Both the position numbers and the translations under genes were made by a program. 64,000 bases of DNA from Candidatus Caccovivens sp. (GTDB lineage: Bacteria; Bacillota; Clostridia; Christensenellales; UBA1242). Where the stretch lies: the NCBI GenBank assembly GCA_045650745.1, contig JAZRRN010000041.1, forward strand, positions 17,507 to 81,506, given 5' to 3'. The first letter of the stretch is position 1. Each line of letters begins with the position of its first letter. This document shows, in pieces, positions 18,895 to 24,910 of the stretch. Below the pieces are notes generated by a model. It was given only the letters and a program-made list of their open reading frames with translations, ran no database searches and was not told the DNA's origin.

Positions 18895-19476
18895 ATGAAC
18901 AAAGCCGAATCAAAATTTAGAAACACTTCAATCAAGATGCATCAGGCTCTTTTTAAACTTTTGCAAACACAATCATTTGAAGACATTTCAATTTCTGATC
19001 TTTGCAACGAGGCAAAGGTAAACAGATCAACATTTTACAGTCACTACACAACAATGAGAGACCTTTTGCAAGAAACTCACACTGCAATGTTTCAACAATT
19101 GTTTGCTGATTTTCAAGCAAAAAACCTTCTCTCAACAACTTTGACCGAACTTCAACAACCAAACTTTGTGCACGAAAAATTTTTGATCCCTTATCTCGAA
19201 TTTGTCAAAGAAAACAAAGATCACATCAAAGTTTATATGCAACATACAAACCTCTTTCAACAAGCAAGCTACAGCAATTTTTGGTTTAAACAAATTTCAA
19301 CTGCAGCATTCAATGCAAAGGGCATTCGCGATCAAAAGACAATCGAATATATGTACAAATTTTATCTTGTAGGTTGCAACACAATTCTTATGCAATGGCT
19401 TCAAGATGACTGCCAAGACTCAATCGAATTTGTGTCAGACATCATCACAAAATGCATACGCTCAAACAAAAGATAA
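18895..19476 (+). CDS. TetR/AcrR family transcriptional regulator
   Basis: N-terminal HTH FEDISISDLCNEAKVNRSTFYSHY. ATG 18895 follows AAGGAGAA. Confidence 0.8.
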   Translation: MNKAESKFRNTSIKMHQALFKLLQTQSFEDISISDLCNEAKVNRSTFYSHYTTMRDLLQETHTAMFQQLFADFQAKNLLSTTLTELQQPNFVHEKFLIPYLEFVKENKDHIKVYMQHTNLFQQASYSNFWFKQISTAAFNAKGIRDQKTIEYMYKFYLVGCNTILMQWLQDDCQDSIEFVSDIITKCIRSNKR

Positions 19477-19477
19477 C

Positions 19478-19511
19478 AAAAAAAACACCAACATCTCTGT
19501 TGGTGTTTTTT
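19478..19511. terminator. Bidirectional terminator between convergent genes
   Basis: ACACCAACA-TCTC-TGTTGGTGT flanked by an A-run and a T-run. Confidence 0.75.
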
Positions 19512-20084
19512 CTATTTTTCAAGTTTGTTTATCTTTTCAAGCACATCTGCCCAATTTTGAACTTCGGTTACATTTTCATGTTCTACTTTTTTCATTCCAA
19601 TACCTCTGAAATGCAAACACTTGATGTTGTTTTTTGCAAGCATTTCGACATTGTCTGGGTTGTCATCAACAATCAAATCAACCTTTTCGTCTAAACACGC
19701 TTGCAATTTGTTTGTTTGGTCATAGATGATTTTGTCAAAAGAAATGCCTTCTTCCTTAAATCTTTTTTCTGTGATTGGGATTTCACAGTCTTGATAATAT
19801 CCTCTCAATGTCACGCAAACAAGTTTGTGTCCTCGTTGTTTGAGTTGATCAAGCACATATTTTGCCCCAACTTTGAGTGGTGCATTTTCAACAATTTCGG
19901 CAGTATATTTGTCATAAAATGCGTTGATTGTGTCTTTGTCCCAGCCAAATCTTTTGTCCATGTGCATTTCTTCTGGTTGCTGCAAACCATTGCCTACCAC
20001 AGCGAGGTCCCAAAAATGTGCATAAGTGCGATAATACTCCTCGGTGTCATACACGCATCCATCAAGATCAATAGCAATAACCAT
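19512..20084 (-). CDS. HAD-superfamily 5'(3')-deoxyribonucleotidase-like phosphatase
   Basis: MVIAIDLDGCVYD (motif I) and LIVDDNPDNV (motif IV-like). SD AAGGAGAG. Confidence 0.6.
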   Translation of the reverse strand: MVIAIDLDGCVYDTEEYYRTYAHFWDLAVVGNGLQQPEEMHMDKRFGWDKDTINAFYDKYTAEIVENAPLKVGAKYVLDQLKQRGHKLVCVTLRGYYQDCEIPITEKRFKEEGISFDKIIYDQTNKLQACLDEKVDLIVDDNPDNVEMLAKNNIKCLHFRGIGMKKVEHENVTEVQNWADVLEKINKLEK

Positions 20085-20093
20085 AAACTCTCC

Positions 20094-20534
20094 TTAGTTG
20101 TTGATAAATGAATACAAAGTCAATGGAAGCACATTATATTTTGCCATGTCAGTTTTTGGCACGAGAGCAAAATATGTTGTTTCGTTGTCTTCGTTTCTAT
20201 CAAAGTGAATTTGAGCAAGCTCTTCATCACTCAACACATATTCATACAAGAAATAGATTTCGTGCGAAGGTTTGCCACCCATTGTATAAAAGTTTTCAAA
20301 CACATTCACCAAAGTCATTTTTTCTTCTGCAAAAGTGATGCCCATTTCTTCTTGCAATTCTCTCACAAGAGCACTTGTCGACTTTTCGTTGATTTGAATT
20401 CTTCCACCAGGCACAACCGAATTCAATCCAATTTTTGAGATTTCAATCACGACATTGTCGCCATATCTCATGATTGCCCCCACTCTGACATTGAGTCTAA
20501 CTCCGTCAATGTCGATTTTCAAATCGCTTGCCAT
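20094..20534 (-). CDS. NUDIX hydrolase
   Basis: Nudix box GGRIQINEKSTSALVRELQEEMGI. ATG 20534 follows GGAGGAA; the ORF track starts at 20576. Confidence 0.85.
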   Translation of the reverse strand: MASDLKIDIDGVRLNVRVGAIMRYGDNVVIEISKIGLNSVVPGGRIQINEKSTSALVRELQEEMGITFAEEKMTLVNVFENFYTMGGKPSHEIYFLYEYVLSDEELAQIHFDRNEDNETTYFALVPKTDMAKYNVLPLTLYSFINN

Positions 20535-20578
20535 AAAATTTCCTCCTTTTTCTTTTTCCGTGACATTATAGCACACTG

Positions 20579-20995
20579 TCAGTCAATATTCAATCGTTCT
20601 TTAAGTTGTTTTATCACAATTTTTGAGTTTTTGTAATGTGGCGAATCTTCCCCACGCCTTGAAGCAATGTCTTTCAACCTGTCTTCAAACGAAACATAAT
20701 TGCCCATTTTGTCAATATGCATGTCAGCATAATTGAGCAAATCCAACGCTTTGGATTGAAACTCTTGCGAGGGTTTGCCGTGATGCAAAACTTCTTGCCA
20801 ATATTTGTAGTTTTGTTTTTTCAAAATTTCAGCGCCAACTTGGTGATGCGTGTCACTTCCACCAAACTCAAAACCAATGTCGTGCACAAGCCCCAAAACA
20901 AACATTTCTTGCTTGTCCAATCCTACAAGTTCGGCCTTTTCTGTCATCAGTCGTGCAACGGCCATAATATGTGCCAATTTGTTTTCATCAATCAT
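20579..20995 (-). CDS. HD-domain phosphohydrolase
   Basis: HIMAVARL...LGLVHDIGF (H...HD signature), 138 aa. Confidence 0.7.
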   Translation of the reverse strand: MIDENKLAHIMAVARLMTEKAELVGLDKQEMFVLGLVHDIGFEFGGSDTHHQVGAEILKKQNYKYWQEVLHHGKPSQEFQSKALDLLNYADMHIDKMGNYVSFEDRLKDIASRRGEDSPHYKNSKIVIKQLKERLNID

Positions 20996-21011
20996 AACTT
21001 CTCCTTGCTGT

Positions 21012-21047
21012 CAAAACAAAAAACTGACAACCTTTCTGGTCATCAGT
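21012..21047 (-). terminator. Terminator after dfx
   Basis: Minus strand ACUGAUGACC-agaaa-GGUUGUCAGU + U-run. The two G-U pairs make it fold well only on the minus strand. Confidence 0.7.
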
Positions 21048-21054
21048 TTTCTCT

Positions 21055-21429
21055 TTATGCCTTCCAAAGACTGTGCAAATTGCAATAAGCATACACAGCT
21101 TCAACTTGATCGCCTTCACAAAGTGCAAAGCATACTTCTGGTTTTTGATTTGGTTTCAATGCTTTTCTTTGATTTCCACCTGTTGTTTGCAACGAAACCC
21201 ATTCGATATAATGTTCTGCTGTCATAGGGTGTTCGACCGAACCAACCTTAACAAAAACTTTGTTTCCTTCAACAGTGTAAACAGGCAAATGTTTTTCAAC
21301 AGATGCATCAGTTGTGCCAGGCACGATTTCTTTCATAACTTCGCCACAACACATCACAGGCACACCCGATTCTTTTACAAGCGCAACCATTTTGCCACAA
21401 TGCTCGCAGATATAAAATTTTTGTTGCAT
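21055..21429 (-). CDS. dfx: Desulfoferrodoxin (2Fe superoxide reductase)
   Basis: N-terminal desulforedoxin-type CEHCG...CCG, then a neelaredoxin-type domain (HPMTAEHYIEW...CNLHSLW). ATG 21429 follows GAGGAGGAA. Confidence 0.85.
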   Translation of the reverse strand: MQQKFYICEHCGKMVALVKESGVPVMCCGEVMKEIVPGTTDASVEKHLPVYTVEGNKVFVKVGSVEHPMTAEHYIEWVSLQTTGGNQRKALKPNQKPEVCFALCEGDQVEAVYAYCNLHSLWKA

Positions 21430-21546
21430 AATTTCCTCCTCTGTATGGTTTGATGATATCATATTTTTCAAAAAACTACAACTTTTTTATTAAATAAGGT
21501 GCAAAACAAAAACATTTGTGCTAAACTTTTTTATATGGAGGCACTT

Positions 21547-22263
21547 ATGACAGCAATGCATGATATTTCTTACGGAATCTATGTCCTTACAGCAAAAGGT
21601 GAAAAATGCAACGGTTGCATCATCAACACTTTGATGCAAGTTACATCTTCGCCAAACCAAATTTCAATCACAATAAACAAAGACAACCTTACCACTCAAA
21701 TTATCGAGCAAACAAAAGAATTTAATGTTTCAATTCTCGACACAACAACCACTTTTGATTTGATCAAAACATTCGGTTTTGCAAGTGGAAACGATGTGGA
21801 TAAGTTTGCAAACTTTTCCGACTTTCAACTTGCCGAAAATGGCATACCTTACATAACCAAACATACAAATGCCTATATTTCAGCAAAAGTGACAAAACAA
21901 ATTGATCTTGGCACTCATATCACCTTTTTTGCAGAAGTAACTGCCGACAAAAAACTCTCAAACACACCTTCTGCGACTTATGCTTTCTATCACTCAAATA
22001 TAAAGCCAAAAAGTCAACCACAAACCAAAGGAGTTTTTGTATGCAAAATATGTGGATATGTGTATGAAGGTTATCCATTGCCAGAAGATTTTGTTTGCCC
22101 AATCTGCAAACATGGAGCACAAGATTTTGAGTGGCAACCAGCAAAAGAAACTGCCACACAAACAAAACAAACATATTACTGCCCAACTTGTGGTTACGAA
22201 ATGCAAGCAAACTCAAAACCAGAGGCCTGCCCAATGTGTGGTATGGATATGATTGAAAACTAA
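21547..22263 (+). CDS. Flavin reductase-like domain fused to rubredoxin (high-molecular-weight rubredoxin type) plus an extra C-terminal Cys4 ribbon
   Basis: N-terminal YGIYVLTAK...GCIINT (flavin reductase-like). Rubredoxin CKICGYVYEG...FVCPICKHG. Second ribbon CPTCG...CPMCG. ATG 21547 follows GGAGG. Confidence 0.7.
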   Translation: MTAMHDISYGIYVLTAKGEKCNGCIINTLMQVTSSPNQISITINKDNLTTQIIEQTKEFNVSILDTTTTFDLIKTFGFASGNDVDKFANFSDFQLAENGIPYITKHTNAYISAKVTKQIDLGTHITFFAEVTADKKLSNTPSATYAFYHSNIKPKSQPQTKGVFVCKICGYVYEGYPLPEDFVCPICKHGAQDFEWQPAKETATQTKQTYYCPTCGYEMQANSKPEACPMCGMDMIEN

Positions 22264-22297
22264 AAAATAGCATTTTCAACAAATGCTATTTTTTTTG
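22262..22297. terminator. Bidirectional terminator
   Basis: ATAGCATTT-N5-AAATGCTAT flanked by an A-run and a T-run. Confidence 0.75.
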
Positions 22298-22299
22298 TT

Positions 22300-23148
22300 T
22301 TATTTTGAAAAGAAAGCAACCCCTATTGCGCCTGGGCCAACATGAGTCCCGATTGTTGAACCTATGCAATTTTTTGCAACATTTTCGATTCCACATTCCC
22401 ACAATTGAGAATTGTTTTTTATATAGTTGTCAATTTTTGTTTGATCGTTGCCCGAATACAAAGCATAAAATGGCATATCAAAATCAATACCACCAAGTTT
22501 TTCTATTTCGAGATTTATAAAGTTGATTGCCTTTCTCAAACCAATCACTTTTCCAACAACTTCAACCTTTCCATCAACAAGAGCTGCCATAGGTTTAACC
22601 CCCAACAATTCGCCTGCAAAAGCAACCACTGGGGACACTCTTCCACCTTTTTTGAGATACTTCAATGTATCAACCATTGCCACAATTTGGACTTTTTGTT
22701 TTTTCTCTTCAAGAATTTCGTATATTTCTTTTGCCGATTTGCCGTCTTTGGCCAATTTCAATGCATATTCAATCAAGATTTTCAATCCGGCAGTCGCACT
22801 CAAACTGTCAACAACAAAAACTTTGTCTCCAAAACTTTCTGATGCTGTTTTTGCCGCATTGAAAGTGCCTGACAATCGTGAAGAAAGCACAATGGCAACA
22901 ACTTCATCTCCACTTGAAACACATTTTTCAAAAACTTCTTCAAAAGCATAAGCATTTATCATGCTTGTTTTTGGCAAATCTGTGGATTTTTCCAATTTTT
23001 CATAAAAAAGTTCTCGTGTTATATCAACACCATCTTTATATTCTTCTTCGCCAAATGTAATAGGTATAGGCAACATTGTCACACCCAACTTTTCCGCTTC
23101 TTTTATATCGATATCACTTGATGACTCTACCACCAATCTAACTGCCAT
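22300..23148 (-). CDS. DegV family (fatty-acid-binding) protein
   Basis: 282 aa with VVESSSDIDIKEAEKLGVTMLPI..., SSRLSGT and KKGGRV. SD GAAGGAGGA. Confidence 0.85.
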   Translation of the reverse strand: MAVRLVVESSSDIDIKEAEKLGVTMLPIPITFGEEEYKDGVDITRELFYEKLEKSTDLPKTSMINAYAFEEVFEKCVSSGDEVVAIVLSSRLSGTFNAAKTASESFGDKVFVVDSLSATAGLKILIEYALKLAKDGKSAKEIYEILEEKKQKVQIVAMVDTLKYLKKGGRVSPVVAFAGELLGVKPMAALVDGKVEVVGKVIGLRKAINFINLEIEKLGGIDFDMPFYALYSGNDQTKIDNYIKNNSQLWECGIENVAKNCIGSTIGTHVGPGAIGVAFFSK

Positions 23149-23150
23149 TT

Positions 23151-23603
23151 TTATTGTCCTCCTTCGTATTTTTCACACAACTTATCCAAATTGTCACTAA
23201 TCATCAACAAAGATTTATACATGACCTCTCTGTCATTGTCTGCAACCCCTTCGCTTGCACATTCCAAAATTTTGTCAATTTTGTTTGCAATGCTTTTGGC
23301 GACTGTCGCACCTTTGTCAGTAAGTTTGAAATAACTGTTGTATCTTTTTTTCTGGTTGCTGTCACAAGCAATAAGTTTGTTTGCTTCCAAATAAGCAGTT
23401 GCCTTTGACAAAACTGCCTTATCTTCCAAACATATGTCGACCAACTCTTTCAATGTCAAAGTTTCTTCCTTATACAAATAATACAAACAAGACACATGAG
23501 GACTGGCCAACCCATATTCTTCAGTCTCTTCACTTTTTATTTTGCGAATAGCCCTATACAACTTCGTTACAAGGACAGTAAAAGTCCTGAATCTTTCTTC
23601 CAT
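23151..23603 (-). CDS. MarR family transcriptional regulator (paralog 1), in operon with degV
   Basis: MEERFRTFTVLVTKLYRAIRKIKSEE...SPHVSCLYYLYKEETLTLKELV..., a winged-helix MarR pattern. Start moved to ATG 23603; the ORF-track N-terminal 33 residues are low-complexity read-through of the promoter. Confidence 0.8.
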   Translation of the reverse strand: MEERFRTFTVLVTKLYRAIRKIKSEETEEYGLASPHVSCLYYLYKEETLTLKELVDICLEDKAVLSKATAYLEANKLIACDSNQKKRYNSYFKLTDKGATVAKSIANKIDKILECASEGVADNDREVMYKSLLMISDNLDKLCEKYEGGQ

Positions 23604-23612
23604 AAACACCTC

Positions 23613-23666
23613 TTGTTGAAAAATCAACAAGTTTAGTATAATTAAAACTTGTTGAAAAGTCAACAA
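23613..23666 (-). promoter_or_regulatory. Promoter of marR-degV with two 18-bp palindromic operators (TTGTTGA-N4-TCAACAA)
   Basis: On the minus strand: -35 TTGACT (23663-23658), 17-nt spacer, -10 TATACT (23640-23635). Palindromes lie at 23649-23666 (over the -35) and 23613-23630 (downstream of the -10), with centres 36 bp apart. Confidence 0.65.
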
Positions 23667-23717
23667 ATTTATGCAAAAAAAAATAAGGATTGACAAAATC
23701 AATCCCTATCTTACAAA

Positions 23718-23747
23718 ACAAAAAAACTGACAACATTTGTCATCAGT
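23718..23747 (-). terminator. Terminator of the six-tRNA operon
   Basis: Minus strand ACUGAUGAC-aaau-GUUGUCAGU + U7. The stem is nearly identical to the dfx terminator. Confidence 0.7.
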
Positions 23748-23751
23748 CTTT

Positions 23752-23827
23752 TGGTGGCTTGCCGGAGGTTCGAACTCCGGACCCCTTGATTAAAAGTCAA
23801 GTGCTCTACCGGCTGAGCTAGCAAACC
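23752..23827 (-). tRNA. tRNA-Lys (UUU)
   Basis: Reverse complement GGTTTGCTAGCTCAGCCGGTAGAGCACTTGACTTTTAATCAAGGGGTCCGGAGTTCGAACCTCCGGCAAGCCACCA. Anticodon loop CTTTTAA. Confidence 0.9.
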
Positions 23828-23831
23828 ATAT

Positions 23832-23906
23832 TGGCAGGGGTGGCAGGATTTGAACCTACGCATGCAAGAGTCAAAGTCTTGTGCCTTACCGCTTGGCGAC
23901 ACCCCT
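23832..23906 (-). tRNA. tRNA-Gln (UUG)
   Basis: Reverse complement AGGGGTGTCGCCAAGCGGTAAGGCACAAGACTTTGACTCTTG...GGTTCAAATCCTGCCACCCCTGCCA. Anticodon loop CTTTGAC. Confidence 0.85.
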
Positions 23907-23928
23907 ATATAAAATGATCGTTTTCAAC

Positions 23929-24003
23929 TGGCTGGGGTGGTAGGATTTGAACCTACGAATGTTGGAATCAGAATCCAAGGCCTTACCGCTTGCCGACACC
24001 CCA
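23929..24003 (-). tRNA. tRNA-Gln (CUG)
   Basis: Reverse complement TGGGGTGTCGGCAAGCGGTAAGGCCTTGGATTCTGATTCCAAC...GGTTCAAATCCTACCACCCCAGCCA. Anticodon loop TTCTGAT. Confidence 0.85.
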
Positions 24004-24029
24004 TCACCCACAACTAGTGGAAAATTAAG

Positions 24030-24106
24030 TGGGGTGATCGAAGGGAGTCGAACCCTTGACCTCCAGAGCCACAATCTGGCGTTCTGCCAACTGAACTACG
24101 ACCACC
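24030..24106 (-). tRNA. tRNA-His (GUG) with encoded G-1
   Basis: Reverse complement GGTGGTCGTAGTTCAGTTGGCAGAACGCCAGATTGTGGCTCTGGAGGTCAAGGGTTCGACTCCCTTCGATCACCCCA. The extra 5' G lies opposite C73. Confidence 0.9.
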
Positions 24107-24109
24107 ACA

Positions 24110-24186
<77 letters not shown>

Positions 24187-24191
24187 ATAAT

Positions 24192-24265
24192 TGGAGCAGG
24201 TGAAGGGAATCGGACCCTCGCAACCAGCTTGGAAGGCTAGTGTTCTACCACTGAACTACACCTGC
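24192..24265 (-). tRNA. tRNA-Gly (UCC)
   Basis: Reverse complement GCAGGTGTAGTTCAGTGGTAGAACACTAGCCTTCCAAGCTGGTTGCGAGGGTCCGATTCCCTTCACCTGCTCCA. Anticodon loop CTTCCAA. Confidence 0.9.
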
Positions 24266-24277
24266 AAATGCTCTAAC

Positions 24278-24306
24278 ATTCTAACATAGGATTTGCTAAA
24301 TGTCAA
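24278..24306 (-). promoter_or_regulatory. Promoter of the tRNA operon
   Basis: Minus strand TTGACA (24306-24301), 17-nt spacer, TAGAAT (24283-24278), 12 nt before the tRNA-Gly 5' end. Confidence 0.65.
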
Positions 24307-24400
24307 GAAAAAATAAAAATTTTTCAAAAAAGAATAAATTTTGTCGACTCAAATCCCCCATTTTTCTTCAAATGGGCAGAAAAAAGAAAAATCAGCATCA

Positions 24401-24781
24401 TCACAACGCTGATTTTGTCTGTTTGTAAAGTTGCAAGTTGTAATATTCTGCCACAAGCATAATAAACTCGGCAGTCGAAGGTTTGTGTGTGGGCGAAACA
24501 ACTTCCATACCAAAAAGTTTGTTGAGAGAGTCAAACCCTTTTGTGTTGTATGCAAATGTGATTGCGTTTTGAATGTTTGCTTCAACTCTGATTGGATTTT
24601 TGACAGAAAAATCATTTGCAACCTTTGCATACAAACTCTTCAAATTGTATGCCAACTTGCCATCTTCAATCACATATTCAATTGCTTTTGTCAAATATGA
24701 AAATCCAACCAAATCACACTTGATTCCAATCCTAATAAGTGTGATTGTCACCATTCTTTCAACTTCATTTTTTGTTGTCAT
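24401..24781 (-). CDS. Stand-alone Spo0A C-terminal (DNA-binding) domain protein, no receiver domain
   Basis: The 126 aa align along their length with my recollection of the B. subtilis Spo0A effector domain: IRIGIKCDLVGFSYLTKAIEYV / GVPAHIKGYLYLREAISMV; RVEANIQNAITFAY / RVERAIRHAIEVAW; KPSTAEFIMLVAEYY / KPTNSEFIAMVADKL. Confidence 0.8.
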   Translation of the reverse strand: MTTKNEVERMVTITLIRIGIKCDLVGFSYLTKAIEYVIEDGKLAYNLKSLYAKVANDFSVKNPIRVEANIQNAITFAYNTKGFDSLNKLFGMEVVSPTHKPSTAEFIMLVAEYYNLQLYKQTKSAL

Positions 24782-24801
24782 AAAAACCCCTTCGCTTTCT
24801 T

Positions 24802-24830
24802 ATATTAACACAAAACAACGCTTGTTGCAA
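24802..24830 (-). promoter_or_regulatory. Promoter of the Spo0A_C-like gene
   Basis: Minus strand TTGCAA (24830-24825), 17-nt spacer, TG-t-TAATAT (24807-24802). Confidence 0.5.
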
Positions 24831-24833
24831 AAG

Positions 24834-24863
24834 TTTTTTACAATATTTTACAATATTTTACAA
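24834..24863. repeat. Three tandem 10-bp units (minus strand TTGTAAAATA x2 plus TTGTAAAAAA) abutting the -35
   Basis: Plus strand ttttttacaa-tattttacaa-tattttacaa. A TGTCGAA heptamer (the 0A-box consensus) follows on the minus strand at 24872-24866. Confidence 0.6.
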
Positions 24864-24874
24864 AATTCGACAAA

Positions 24875-24902
24875 CAAAAAAGATAGGGCAGTCACCCTGC
24901 CC
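24875..24902 (-). terminator. Terminator of glnN
   Basis: Minus strand GGGCAG-ggtga-CTGCCC followed by a U-rich tract, just past the stop at 24911. Confidence 0.7.
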
Positions 24903-24910
24903 CATCAAAA

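Noticed and set aside
24866-24872. The exact 0A-box heptamer TGTCGAA taken as proof of Spo0A regulation.
   Set aside because: The same heptamer (either strand) occurs several more times inside coding regions of this window (for example near 12885, 19645, 47100, 48790 and 50222), so by itself it is near background. It is kept only as context for the repeat array.
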